The position numbers and the translations under genes were made by a program. The notes under the pieces are model-generated. The model was not told where the DNA came from. It was given only the letters and a program-made list of their open reading frames with translations, and did no database searches. A stretch of 64,000 nt of DNA from assembly GCF_006345805.1 (NCBI RefSeq), contig NC_043004.1, positions 47,182,001-47,246,000 of the forward strand. Direction: 5' to 3'. The stretch comes from Octopus sinensis (taxonomy: Eukaryota). Positions 13,060 through 26,639 of the stretch are shown here, piece by piece. The stretch's first letter is position 1, and every line of letters begins with the position of its first letter.

Positions 13060-15050
13060 ATGTATGTATGTACATATGCATGTCATTATTTAGTTTATTT
13101 CAAGATTTCTTCCCAATAGGGGAAGAACCGGTTTCTAACCTAGATCCAAATCTTCTTCATTGGAATTTCATCATTAACAGGGTATTTTTGCTTGTATGCA
13201 TGTATGCATGTATGTATATAGGTATGTATGTATGTATGTATTTATATGCAGATTTGTATGGTTTCTGTATATATTCGTATACATATAGTTTACAGCTCCA
13301 GTGATGGATTGGATCTGTAGTATTCGAATTATTTTTCACCTTTCTGATTTTGAGAAGCCTAATTACTCAAGATTGGCATTTAGGAAGTCTGTTACATATC
13401 CCAGCGTCCCAATAATTACACGTATAATTCTAAACGTGCAGTTTGGTTAAAGTAAATGCAGATTTCTCTATAGTTCAGCACAGGTTTTCTCTTTTTCCCT
13501 GATCTTCAGCTTTCTGTTAACATCCACTGGGCAGCTAATTTCCACAAATGTGCGCAATTTCTCTTCTCTGTGCACAGTTTCTCTTCTCTCTCCCAATTCA
13601 TTATATGGGGTCTGTTGTGCTTATACTTTTTTACTATCATCACTGGAACATTCCGCTGGTATTCCTTTATATTATGAGTGGCTATGGAGTGTACCATATT
13701 GTGGGTTTTTATTTCCTTGTCCTCGGGATCATCGTTCCGACGGATTTCTTTATGTAATGTCTTACTTAAAACATCATGCCTCATCGGTAAATAACACCGT
13801 GATGACATTTTCGGACAACTGTTTATGATGTGGGTGATATCGTCACTGTGAACTCCAGAAACTCTGCATCGATTGTCATATTTTGCTGGTTTTCCCTCAT
13901 CTCTATCGCTTTTGTGCATCAGGTACTTGGTTGAAATTTCCTGTTCATGGATTGCAAACGCATTCCTTTCAAAGTGGGAGGAAGTAATCTGAATACTGGT
14001 CCATGATAAACTGATTTGATGATCGAAGTTACAATCATCCCAGCGCTTTATACTAACATATTCATAGTCTTCTGCTTATATAGGCGCATCCTCTCCTATG
14101 ATGATAATTTGCAGTAGAGTCACGCGACGTCTTTGGGCATGTTTCCCAGGTTATGAGACACAGAGTGTTGCTCAAGGGGTTGCTTTCCAAATCTCATGAT
14201 GTTATCAACCTTATGTATGCAAAATTAATGAAAGGATGAACTCCGACACTTGGGGGTTAAAAGATATTGCTGAAGGGATATGATGTGACATTCAAAGGCA
14301 TAGCTTCTGCCGCCCTGTTTTCGTTTTAGGTCTACGTCACTGCTTATGTGAAAACTGTGTGAGCTTGTTAGTATTTTTCGGGTTTTCACATCAATGGCTC
14401 GGATCTCATCAAGCGTCCAATGAAGCAGCCCAAATGTTGGTATTAGTACTGCCAATGCAAACACCTTGTTGGCCACTGTTTTATTGAATGCAGAGAGTCC
14501 TGAGGATCACATTTTCTTTATTCGGCTGTAATATTCTTTAGTAACACGTGTTTAGTTACAGGTGTCATTGTAAGATATATTTTCATGCAGAGTTACAGGG
14601 GAAACAGTCAAATCATTGATGGATATGTTACTACACAGTTTTATAATTTCACCTCTTTTTGTAACCATAAAACAACAATTATCCTGACCAAACTCCGACC
14701 TTATATCCTTTGAGAATGTTGTAAATAATCCAAGGCTCTTTTTCATCTCATACATGATATTAGCATAAGGTTTTAAGTCAGCCACAGAAAAACTGTGTAA
14801 CTTTGGTATTTGTGTTTCCATGTGAGCCAGTGAGGTGACATTCAAGCTTCTTTAACATGTATGACAAGGGGTTTACAGAAAGTATAAACATCACAGAGAA
14901 GCTGTCTCTTTGGAATATGCCTTTGCGATACTGTATTATATCGGTGACAATACAATCACTTTTTTATGCCTAATTTCAAGATGCTGGTCCACGATGGAGT
15001 CTGGTCAGCTATTGCTTTGACTATTCTCACTGGAACTTTAGCAAGTATAT
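13060..15050 (-). mobile_element. R4/Dong-type RLE non-LTR retrotransposon (3' half of RT, CCHC, RLE, 3'UTR), degenerate
   Basis: KGIFQRDSFSVMFILSVNPLSY (RT); CRVSGVHSDDITHIINSCPKMSSRCYLPMRHD (CCHC); HNRPHI (RLE); 3'UTR 13060-13200 recurs at 43805-43925. Confidence 0.9.
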
Positions 15051-15822
15051 ACGTATGTATGTATGTATGTACGTATGTATGTATGTATGTATGTATGTAC
15101 GTATGTATGTATGTATGTATGTATGTATGTATAGGATCCTTTAGGTGAAGATGAAACTTAACAAATTTTTCATCTTTTCCGTTAGTCGAGAGATAAATTT
15201 GGGGATAAGAATAGTTTAATTCTGAAATACTTTTCTTTTCTTTTACCTAGTTAACTACACCAAAATTCAAACGAGAATCTTATTTTTGAATATATAATCA
15301 TTGTGTACAATAACTAGGTCATACAAGGATCATTCAATATAAATCTATTAAGGGAGCAGTTTATTATTTTGACATATATTTGTGAATTTGTACACCATTT
15401 TAGCTACTATATCACAGCAAACCCTTTTTCCTCTGAGTACATGAGCCTTCTTCTAAACCAAATCACTTTCACTTCCCGTTAAATACATGTTTTATGCTAT
15501 TTTATAAGCCCTTTTCTCTACGAAATAATTTTGTTAGGCACTTAACCTATATGAATCACTTATACTAGTTTATTTTGCGTTACACAAACAGTTTAAATTT
15601 GTATTCATATTCAAACATCTAACTAGCTGTCTTTTAGTAATTTTTATACAGCCACGGTTGCTCTTAATCGTACGCAGTTCGGAAGCGAAGAACAAAGCAA
15701 ATAGCCTTCGGAAATAAAAGCTTCCAATATGTACATTTCCACATTTACATAATATAAAACTCCACATTCAGATGTGAATACTGTCTTTTCTCCGTGTACA
15801 TGTATGTGTTTATATATATAGA

Positions 15823-15858
<36 letters not shown>

Positions 15859-15955
15859 CACACACACTCACGCACATACATATTCCTATATGTAAATACA
15901 TGTAAATACATACATATATACGTGTGTGCGTGTATACATACATATATATGTGTGC

Positions 15956-16046
<91 letters not shown>

Positions 16047-16132
16047 CGAATATACATATATATGTAGGTGTGTATTTAAATATATATATATATATACATA
16101 TATCTATACACGCATATATATGTATAGATGCA

Positions 16133-16169
<37 letters not shown>

Positions 16170-16170
<1 letters not shown>

Positions 16171-16620
16171 TACCTCTGTATAATGTGGTAAATTTCCATG
16201 TGTATGAAACAACACGTTCTGTCAATTATTTTTATATATCTTGTTTCGGCTAAAACTGGACAGCCAAAAATAATGTGATTGATTGTCTCTTCACACACTC
16301 CACATATTCTGCTACCGCGTTTTGTATTATATATATTTTCGTTATATGTGTTGGTAGTTTCTCGACTCCATAGCTTGTGAAACACAATTCTCTTTTTTTA
16401 TCTCATTCCGCTTTGCCAATTTTTGTCAGTTATTAGCCATGTACGGTTTTGGTTGCCAACGTGTCGGCACAATAACTTACAATACCAGTTTTAATTAATT
16501 TGTTTAAAAATAATGTACGTTGTTGTATCTCATTTCTAACTTTGATCTTAGTCTCTGATTTTTATTTGTTGTCATCTGTGAGACAGAACTTTTTTTGTGC
16601 TTTCGTGTACTTTACAATTA
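16170..16620 (-). mobile_element. R4/Dong-type RLE LINE fragment
   Basis: RICGVCEETINHIIFGCPVLAETRYI CCHC-like motif; abuts a (TTA)n tract. Confidence 0.75.
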
Positions 16621-16639
16621 CGTTTTTCGTAATATGCAT

Positions 16640-16655
16640 TAATTTATTATTGTTG

Positions 16656-16722
<67 letters not shown>

Positions 16723-16766
16723 AGTTATTATCATTATTATTATTATTATTATTATTACTATTATTA

Positions 16767-16833
<67 letters not shown>

Positions 16834-16890
16834 GTTGTTGCTGTTGTTGTTGTTGTTATTATCACCATCATCATCATCATCATCATTATT
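16640..16890. repeat. compound (TTA)n/(TTG)n/(CAT)n microsatellite
   Basis: direct reading. Confidence 0.95.
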
Positions 16891-17457
16891 GTTATTATGT
16901 TGCCAGTATTAAGTATTTCCTTATAAAATTCAACTTGTACTTCGAGATGTTCACGGGAAATATAACGATATTTTCGCTTTTAGACTATACACAAATAACA
17001 TTCTTTCTGTTCCGGTATGGTTTTGATAATTCGCCTTGTTGACAACAGTTGAAAACATTGTAACTTTAACGTAGTACATGAACACTTTCTTCATGCGTAA
17101 CTGTTACATTTTTATTACAGCTTGTTCTGCTTTAAGCATTTACTTAATAAAGGTATACCTTTCTCGACTTTTGTGCGGTATTACAGTTCCGATATATTGT
17201 ACTCATTAATTCCCAAAAACTGCAATTGTTAAATTATTTTAATTCATTTCTTAAATTGTTTTGGCAATATCTTAAAGACTGTGTCCCTCAATTTCTCAGT
17301 TTTGAATTTAACGTTGAAGCAATGTCTATGTTAAATCCATGCTCGTTGCGACTATTTCTTTCGCTGTTTCATGTTATTTCTTTGTTTATTTTCGAATAAC
17401 GTTGACCACTATTTATCTTTTCGGATGTTATTTGCTTTTAATCTTTCGGTTACAATC

Positions 17458-17670
17458 AGGTGGTGAGTTGGCCGAATCGTTAGCATTCCGGGCACAATGC
17501 ATAGCACTATTTCGTCCATCTTAACGATCTGAGTTCAAATTCTACCGAGGCTGGCTTTGCATTTTCTCCATTTTGGGGTTCATAAAATAAGTACCATTTG
17601 AGAACTGAGTTAGATGTAATCAATTTTTCTCCCTCTGCCTGAAATCGCTGGCTTTGTACCAAAATGTGCA
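17458..17670 (+). mobile_element. diverged SINE, family B-like head
   Basis: GGTGAGTTGGCCGAATCGTTAGC...GAGTTCAAATTC...GGGGTTCATAAAATAAGTACC. Confidence 0.75.
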
Positions 17671-17909
17671 TATAGAGAGAGGTCTTGTATAAATATAGAT
17701 GCATATGTAATTAAAATATAAAATTCAAAATATGACTCACAGGTCTGCAATTTTCGTATACAAATAAGGCAGTCCATGTGTTTACATTTCCACACACGTA
17801 TTTCTGTGGCGGGGCATCTGAGACAAGCTATTTCTGATATATATATATATATATATACTCCATGTAGGAAAATCCTTCCGGTTTCCTTAGATGCCTTACA
17901 TTAAAACAA

Positions 17910-18120
<211 letters not shown>

Positions 18121-18259
18121 CGGTTCTCTGCAAGTTCTCTACAACTACATGTCCATATGATATTTCAGCGTGTGAATTTTATGTTGTCATAAAACTACAT
18201 ACTTCGTTTTGTTGTTTCTTCCATTATGTTATATGCTTCCTTTATTTGTTTTATATGTA

Positions 18260-19040
18260 CCGATTGCAATGTCTTATTTTAGTGGATCATGGATCAACGA
18301 AAGTGCACCGCATAGTTTTCAGTGCTTCTCGGGTTTAAGGAAAACGAAGGCTTGGAAAACTGGGATGTTCATCTTCACAAGCAAGCCTGCGAAGCATACT
18401 CTACTTTTGAGAAGATTTACACTGAAGCAAGAGAAGTTCCATTACCTTGAGTGTGTAAGCATGAGTGATGTAAAAATGACAGGAGGCTGCATTAATTGCA
18501 AATATTTGTGGAGTTCGTGCGTTAATGAGTTAGCTTCAATATTTATTCATCAGAAGAAAGAAGATACTTGTAAAAAGCCAAACATGCTGTCTTCAATCCG
18601 ATGTCCGTGCCTAGTCTTGCTTATATGAAGGGTAGCTATAATCTTGAGGAATGACCGAAAGAATACAATCTTGAATACAAATGGCTGAGATGGATTAAAA
18701 ACGAAGGGTCTTTGGAATAACGTTACTCGGTAGTGTGCGTAGCTCAGGGACCAGAGAGACGCTCCAGATAGAGCCGCTACTTCTCCGAATTGAGAGATCG
18801 CAGCTGCAATGCCACGGAGTTATAAATCGTTGGAAACGTCTTACAGGCAAAAGTAGACCAATTGCAAGTAGGCCACTTGCAAGATTGTTGCATAACATCC
18901 ATGAGTTCGCATGATCTCGCGTCGGTCAGCCAGATCAATTGGAGAAAGTTGCGTTTGACAGGGCACAATGGAAGACGTATGTGGGGACGATCCTTCTAAA
19001 ATTGAGTGGCCAAAAAGCATTAGGTGAGAATATGAGTTAA
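18260..19040 (+). mobile_element. RTE-clade LINE, RT C-terminal region, degenerate
   Basis: TLKQEKFHYL.. / KAKHAVFNPMSVPSLAY / IQMAEM..RRVFGITLL..VRSS..RETLQIEPLLLRIERSQL across frameshifts. Confidence 0.8.
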
Positions 19041-19079
19041 GTTGTGATATATAATTGGGTCGTGATTTGCTGTACATAT

Positions 19080-19200
19080 AATGTGTCGATTTTGTCCTTC
19101 ATCATTTTGGGGTTCGATAAAATAAATACCTACAAATGTACGGGAGTTGATAGAGACGATTTACCCCCTCCCCCGCCATGTTGCCTTTCTAACAAAATGT
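19080..19200 (+). mobile_element. SINE family B-like fragment
   Basis: GTCGATTTTGTCCTTCATCATTTTGGGGTTCGATAAAATAAATACC. Confidence 0.6.
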
Positions 19201-19659
19201 AAATCCTATAGTGGCAGGTTGTTATGTGGAATATAATATTTATGATTTCATGGTGGTGTCGAACACCAAATAAGCCTTGTTTAAATGGATTTATTATTAA
19301 ACACATTTGAGTTGTTATCTTCTTTCTGTTTTTTATCTCACAGATACTTTTCATCGAAGACCAGAATATTTGAATGATGCTAAGAGTCTTGTGTAAACTT
19401 TCTCTAGTATTCCCTTTTATATGACGTATATCAACTTATCGCATAAACGCCATGTTGTTGGATGGTATTAGCTACCTAATTCTATTAGATTCAGATAGCT
19501 TAAGAAAATTTGAGGCATGTAGTAGTATAAAGATACTAACTGGCGAACGTGCAATACATATATCATTATATGGAATGTCAAATGTATCCCTCAGAGTAGG
19601 CCTTTGCACTAGCTGAGTAACCTATGTATGTCAGTCTAATACGTTTCTTACATCACTTT

Positions 19660-19870
19660 TACCATTGTTTATGTAGTTTGTTTCTACATTTATGTCACTC
19701 TGTCTTCCCGTCTCTGGATCTTTCCTTCTCCTATGTTTCCGACGAAGAGAACCGCTCGAAACGTTAAACCCACCTTCTTTCCTTCTTTCATGAGCGTCCA
19801 ATAATACTATATTTGTCCACGTCCTCGCGTCGTTGTGTTTTTTTGTGCTTTCTTGTTTGGATTAACTATA
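19660..19870 (+). mobile_element. PLE terminal-repeat fragment with mutated HHR core (CCGACGA)
   Basis: TGTTT-CCGACGAAGAGAACCGCTCGAAACGTT-AAAC; homologous to 33500-33670 and 50300-50450. Confidence 0.7.
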
Positions 19871-20213
19871 TATATATAGTATTTCCTTCCTCATGTACCA
19901 GCAGAGCCATTGCAAGGAAGGATCATTGAAATAAATAATTCATAATGCAATGTGAGCCGCTTTTATAACTCTTAAGTCCATTCTGAGATTTGCATATTCT
20001 ATTGCATTATGCACAGATGGGCTGGCTCGCAGAGGGAACAGGTGACACAGTATCAATTCTTTTGATCTGCCTTTTTAATCATCCACCTGGCAGAAACACC
20101 TTTCCACAAGTTGCACAGGTTCTGTTGTGGAAAAACAGTTGTATCACAATATACACTGTATGTGTGTATATATATATATATACATATATATATGTAAATT
20201 AATATGTGACAAA

Positions 20214-20356
20214 TATTCAATAGCCAAGATGAAATTCTGAGTTTCGGATGCTGAAAAACGCTAGCGTTTTTCGGATGGCCAGATAACCGAAGAGATGGTG
20301 TTGTGGATTTCCACTTCGGCATCCTAAACTCAGAGTTTTATCTGGCCTATTGAATA
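20214..20356. mobile_element. MITE-like 143-bp element with ~45-bp imperfect TIRs
   Basis: TATTCAATAG-CCAAGATGAAATTCTGAGTTTCGGATGCTGAA vs reverse complement of the right end TATTCAATAGGCCAGATAAAACTCTGAGTTTAGGATGCCGAA; internal palindrome AAAAACGCTAGCGTTTTT. Confidence 0.6.
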
Positions 20357-20455
20357 ATTGTCAAATATTAAATTACAGATAACTTTCCTCTATTTACATA
20401 ATATTGAGGTCCCTTTCTTTCTTTTGTTATCTTACCGGTTTTACCAATATATATA

Positions 20456-20498
<43 letters not shown>

Positions 20499-21597
20499 AG
20501 TACATGCCTAGTTACACCTAAGCATACACGCACACATTCACATGTACACAAAGGCATATACATACGCACGCACACATCCCTCACGTGTATATTACGGACT
20601 TCGGTGAGATGTACAAATTCAGATTTTGAAGTCGAAGATAATAACGCTAATAAACTGCATTCAAGGGTAGGAATTTCATGTCGTGAATTCCTCATTCTAT
20701 TTTACGAGGCATCCTTACCTTTAACTCAGTCGTGAAGTAGATTAAGATGGAAGCAGTTAGCTACCGATCATGGACATCATATTCAGCTGGAAGTTGAATA
20801 TGCTACATGATACTTAAGGAAGATGTATTACCATGTCTTAGAAGAGCAAAATTAAAGAGGCAACATGGCTAAATCAAAAGCATGAAAGTATTACTGACGC
20901 GCTACGCATATACACATAGAGTACTCACTCACACACTTACCGTAAACAGACACAAGGAGAAACGCAAACATAAATAGGTTCTCTGCTGCGATAGTTTAAT
21001 ATCATCTGCAATTTTACAGGTGCTGATACTTTACAAACCACTATTATTTTGTATTCCGGCTCCGAGAATTTCGTGTAGGACATTGCAGTGGAGAACGTAC
21101 GACTGAAAAATATTCCAAGGAATGAAACATACCGAAAACTTCAAATTACAGGGATTGCATAAAGGTATTAGGAACACCAGAGACAAAATGTTCATTTATA
21201 GCTTAATAAGATGTAACACGAGAAAATATTAGATAATTTACCGTCAATCATAGAACCATCCTGAATTTACAAAGATATTTATCTACGATCTATGTGACGT
21301 TTATGAGACAAAACTTCAGCAACAGTGGTAGAATGCCTGAGGAGAGGAGAGAAATTTGATGTATTGGAGTTGTAAATAGTGATCGTAAAATTTATGGATA
21401 TTTGCCATGAAAATTAGATTATATCAAAATGTCTGCACAGTCTATTTATTGGAATATCTTAAACACTAATACAGACTTTCCTACTCAATCGCTTCTTTTT
21501 GTTTGTTTGTTTGTTTGTTTGTTTTTCATTCTTGGCAGGCTTTCTTCACATTTACATAGTCTCAGTGCTACAAATATAAAGTAATAATATATAAGAG

Positions 21598-21635
<38 letters not shown>

Positions 21636-21652
21636 GTGCATAGTCATATATC

Positions 21653-22455
21653 AGGTCATCCCATAAGTTCTGTCCGAATTTAGTATAAAGAAAACAAGTG
21701 ATCAAATATATTTCCTTGAAATTTAATCATCAATGAACTTTCCCTGATTATCTATGACTTTCTTCCATTATTTACAAGGTTTTTTAATCACATCAATATA
21801 AAACTCTTTTGGTTTCAAAGTGAAGAACTCCTCCTGGCTTGCGAAATTTTTGTCCCGCCAATGTTTTTGTAAACTACGAAACAAAAGGTAGTCTGCAGGA
21901 ACAAGGTTGGGAGAATAAGGTGTATGTTGATTTTTTTTCCACCCAAGCTCTTCCATCTTCTGTGATGTTATCTTTGCAGTGTGGGGCCGTGCATTGTCCT
22001 CATGAAACAGCACTCCTTTTCAATTCACTAAAGCGTGTCTTTTTTCCTTCAAAGCTCTGGTCCAAACGCACTAATTGCCGACAGTTTTTTTGAGCATTGA
22101 CTGTTGCATTAGGTGGGAACAATTCAAAATGAATTACTCCTTTGCAATTCCTAAAGATAGAGAGAAGAACCGTTTTTTACCATAAAGTTCCCTTCTCGGT
22201 TGTGGTTGACCATTTTCCCTTTTACCAAGCTAATTTTACTCTTTTTCTTGTTTCAGTCATTTGACTGCGGCCATGCTGGAGTACTACCTTTAGTCAAGCC
22301 TATCAACCCCAGGACTTTTTGTTTGTAATCCTAGTACATATATAATCGGTCTCTTTTTCCGAATGGCTAAGTTATGGTGACGTAAACACACCAACAACGG
22401 TGTGAAGCGATGTTGGGTGGGGCAAACAGACACACAGACATATACACACACATAC

Positions 22456-22521
<66 letters not shown>

Positions 22522-23060
22522 ATACGACGGACTTCTTCAAGTTTCCGTCTACCAAATGAACTCACAAGGCTTTGGTCGGTCCGAAGCCATTGTAGAAGAC
22601 ATTTGCCCAAAAGGCCACGCAGTGAGACAGAACCCGGGACCATGTGGTTGGTAAGCAAACTAGTTATCACACAACCGATCCTGCGCCTATGTTTAGGACG
22701 TTTGACATTTCGAAAAAAAGGGTGAAATGAGTTCGCGAGAATGGAGAAAACAGCAGATGTCTATTCGGCACCCATTTCCCAAGTTTACGAACCTTTCCAA
22801 GCTGTTGAAGAGGATGAGCGACAGTTGTATTGTTTGAAGTATGCTTTATTGCCAATTCTTCAACTGATAATGCAGAATTTTCTTCAAGTAATGCCTCAAG
22901 GAGCTTATCATCAAACTCAACTGGACGTCCTCTTCCAACTTCATCTTCAAGGCTGAAATCTCCACTTTTGTGACTCAAATGCTCTTTGGATACTTCCATG
23001 TTAGAAAGGGCTTTATTCAAAGAAATTTTAATTCTATTATTCTGTAAAATAATATTTAAT
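21653..23060 (-). mobile_element. mariner (DD34D-type) element, degenerate, interrupted by a SINE
   Basis: EDNARPHTAKIT...TPYSPNLVPADYLLFRSLQ; GDFSLEDEVGRGRP...LGKVRKLGKWVP; TIR-like CAGGTCATCCCATAAGTTCTGTCCG at 21653. Confidence 0.9.
22245..22690 (-). mobile_element. SINE family A nested in the mariner
   Basis: reverse complement of family A; transposase reading resumes on both sides. Confidence 0.9.
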
Positions 23061-23104
23061 TAGTTTAAATGTAAAGTGTTGATACCAATTATCTTGTTTT
23101 TAGC

Positions 23105-25828
23105 ATTGAGCTCTGTTTTTAGTATTGATCTAACTCGTCTATAATATTCTTTTTTTTATTTTCTCTTTCATTTGTGTGTGTTGTGTCTTATCTAGTTCAT
23201 GGATTCCTAAGTATTTGTAAGTTTGGCTTTGGTCTAATTCTTTTATTTCATTGGTTTTATCTAGTGTGATGTTGTTACTCTTAACTAGTTTTCCTCTTTT
23301 CATGGTTACTTTGGCGCATTTTTCTAATCCAAATTTCATATCTATTTCTTTGGTAAATCCATGAACTGTCTTTAATAGTGTTTCCAGCTGTTTGTCATTT
23401 GCAGCGTTTTAGGTCATCCATATATAAAAGGTGGCTGATCGTTTTGCCGTAACATTTATATCCGCATCCAGTTCTATTTAGCATATCAGATAGAGGTGAC
23501 AGTGCCAAGCAGAAAAGTTGTGGAGAGAGCGTGTCTCCCTGGAATATTCCTCTTCTGATGGGGATGTCTTTGGTTTTCATGAGTCCCTCTTTTGTTTAGA
23601 GGTGTAGGACTGTTTGCCATTTATTCATAGAGTGCTCTATGAATTTTATGATTGTTGGTGCTACTTTGTTAATGGCTAGTGTTTCGAGGATCCATGTGTG
23701 GAGGATGCTATCAAACGCCTTTTTGTAGTCAATCCAGGCCATACTGAGGCCTTTCTTCTTTCTGTGGCTGTCTTCAGTTACGGCTTTATTAATCATTAGT
23801 TGGTCTTTACAGCCATATGAGCCTTTGCGGCATCATTTCTGCTCTTCTGGGAACAGTTTGTTTTCGTCCAGGTGCTTGTTCAGCCTTTGTGATATCACTG
23901 CAGTAAATGCCTTGAACATAGTAGGGAGGCAGGTTATTGGTCTGTAGTTTTCTGGTTTTGCTGTTTCATTTGATTTGGGAATTAAGATGGTTTTCCCCTT
24001 CGTGAGCCATTCAGGCATTGTCTCTGGCTCTGCTAGTATGCTGTTAAAGTTTTCAGCCAGCTTTTTGTGCATTCCTGTTAGATATTTCAACCAGAAGTTG
24101 GGGATCTTGTCATGCCCAGATGCCTTCCAGTTGCTTAGTTTTTGCAGTGCCTGGGTGACCTCTTCAGTTGTTATGGGGGTCTAAAGTTGTTCAGATGCCG
24201 AGTTTGTTAGTTTCATACTCCTTTTTTTTGGCTGTTCGTTCGCCGACCATATTTCTCTCCAGAATTCTTCCAATTCTTCTGCCGTTGGTGCTGCAGTGAC
24301 TTCTATTTTATTTTTTCCCAGATCTTGGTAGAACTTTTTGGGGTTGGTGTTGAACTTTTTGTTCTGTTCAAAGAAGCGTTGGCGTTTCTCGTACCGGCGG
24401 ATCCTTTGAGCTTTGGCAAGGATATCTTGCTTCAGCTTTTCTTTTATCTCTGGCAAATCTTTTTCTGTGATGTTATATTTGCGGAGCATTTTTGTTCTCT
24501 TTTTGTTGCTCAGTAGCGTTGATTGTTTGCTGATTTCATTAAGAATCGACAGGTCTTTTCTAATTTTTTAATTTTGTTTTGGATGTTATTTATCCTCAGG
24601 GTTTGTTTGGGTGGTGGTACTCCTGTTTGGGCGGGTTTGGGTGAGTATCCAGCTTCTTTTGTGGTTGCAGTGGCTGCTGCGTATATCAAGTCATTTAGTT
24701 CAGTGATATCACTTTTTTTGTTTCAGTGGCTAGTTCAGTGACGGCTAGGTTTATGCTGTTTATAATTGGTGTTGTTATTTCGTTTATTTTTATTCTTGGG
24801 AGGTATGGTCGGTGGTCCATTTTGAGCTCTGTGGTTTTCAGTTCTAAGATTATTATATTTTTTATATTATCATAATCATTAGGTTCCCTTTCGTTGTTTA
24901 CATCGTGTTTGTTGTGAATGTTGCGTTTGTCTTCGTGTGTTACAGTTTCAGTGTTTATATTATTGGGCATTGTTGTGTGGCTTCTATCTACATTTTCCTG
25001 GTGTATGTTTTCTTTTAGGTGTTCTATTTCTATTTCTGATATTTTGTTTGTGTTGAGAATGTATCTTCGTACGTTAGCTAATTTATTAGGGTTCATTGCT
25101 GTATACAAGTCTATATCTCTATTATTTTCCTTCCGTATTTTATATGTATGTGTTGTTGTATTTTCATTTTTTGGGTAGAGTACTGCTGTGAAGTATGCAT
25201 GTAAGTTAGAAATGTATTCCTCACGTGTCCATTTACGTCTTTTGGGTTTTATTTGCGGGACATGAGGTACAACGTCCGGCCCATTATTTTGACGGTCGTC
25301 ATTTTCGTAGGGTACCGGTCCGTTTATTTCTGTTGTCACATTATTTCGCACGTGTAGTTTTTCGTACATTTTTTGTTGTAAGTTTAATGTACGTACCGCT
25401 CGATTGTTATTCTTGGGTTGAATAGTATCGGTGGCATTTAATTTCTTCGTAGTGCCTTTGTACATGGTGTTTGAGGTCGGTGATGATCGTGATGTTCCAC
25501 GCATGTTTACATGTGTTGTGTTAGAGGTGGATATAATATCGAGTCAAAATACATCATTTCGTTTCGAAAATAGTAATAAATTTCAATTAGTATTACTTAC
25601 TCGGATACAGTCCAATTCTTTGTTAGTAAATCTTTGGCGCCATAGGATGTCCTTGTTTTCGATGTTTGTGGATAGATTTCGGAGCTCTGTATTTTCCTTC
25701 TTACATCTTAAACGTCCCCGGTGTTCTCTTAAACGTCCCCGGTGTTCTCTTAAACGTCCCCGGTGTTCTCTTAAACGTCCCCGGTATTCTCTTAAACGTC
25801 CCTGGTGTTCTCTTAAACGTCCCCGGTT
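23105..25828 (-). mobile_element. R4/Dong-clade non-LTR retrotransposon: 5'UTR, N-terminal Myb-like region and RT; 3' part missing
   Basis: KRRKWTREEY (Myb-like); NYRPITCLPTMFK; WIDYKKAFDSI; GIFQGDTLSP; SHLLYMDDLK; KFGLEKCA; YKYLGI; few frameshifts; 5' end abuts (TAA)n. Confidence 0.93.
25707..25828. repeat. 21-bp tandem repeat (~5.8 copies) in the LINE 5'UTR
   Basis: CTTAAACGTCCCCGGTGTTCT starting at 25707, 25728, 25749, 25770, 25791, 25812. Confidence 0.95.
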
Positions 25829-25844
25829 ATTGTTATTATTATTA

Positions 25845-25927
<83 letters not shown>

Positions 25928-25963
25928 TCATTATTATCATTATTATTATTATTATTATTATTA

Positions 25964-25995
<32 letters not shown>

Positions 25996-26035
25996 GTTGT
26001 TGTTGTTGTTGTTGTTATTGTTATTATTATTATTT
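25829..26035. repeat. (TTA)n tract, probable Dong-type target site
   Basis: direct reading; abuts the LINE 5' end. Confidence 0.9.
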
Positions 26036-26639
26036 GTATAATGAAATCGCAATAATAAATTATGTCACTCGTTCGGATGACCTCTACGCAGCCCAACTCT
26101 GCTCTCACCGCTACTCAGACGTCTAGTCTTCTCTCTCTATATCTACGTATTGGGCTAGTCTACTTCATCGTCTGGGGGCGTCCACACAACATAAATCAAT
26201 ATGCAATTCATCCTTTTCCTGGTTAAATTAACAAGCCAATCAAATATGTGAATTGATGAAATCATAATTATTCCTTGTATGACATCGCGGCTTTCAATTT
26301 ATGGATATTCCTTCTACACTAATACCTGCACTAATTGCACACATTCTTTTTGCTGCCATAGAATACTCAGTATTTCTCCGGATATGAAATATTGTTTTGA
26401 TATCAGTTGACTTCATTAAGACCTATACTGATGCATTTGTATTTAAGTAAGTTTTAAAAATATAATTTTACGAGCAAAACGCCCACCGCCCAATGGACGG
26501 TGCTGAGTTGTCAAACATTTAAACCAAGTTTTCTCAAAACAACTTATCCGACCGTCCTATAGGCCTCCTCTTTGAGAAACATTGATTGAACCTAAATTTG
26601 AGACACCAGCAAAGGAAGAAATAAAGATAGACTTTTTTG

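Noticed and set aside
16500-17042. 180-aa ORF with poly-L/Y/C/H, resembling a membrane or metal-binding protein
   Set aside because: It is a compound trinucleotide microsatellite
19990-21170. Several AG..GT microexon-like motifs (20016-20040, about 21017, about 21151)
   Set aside because: Such motifs arise often by chance, some implied introns are about 50 nt, and there is no paralogue support
25707-25828. CRISPR-like array (21-bp repeats)
   Set aside because: Contiguous tandem units with no unique spacers, no cas genes, eukaryotic context
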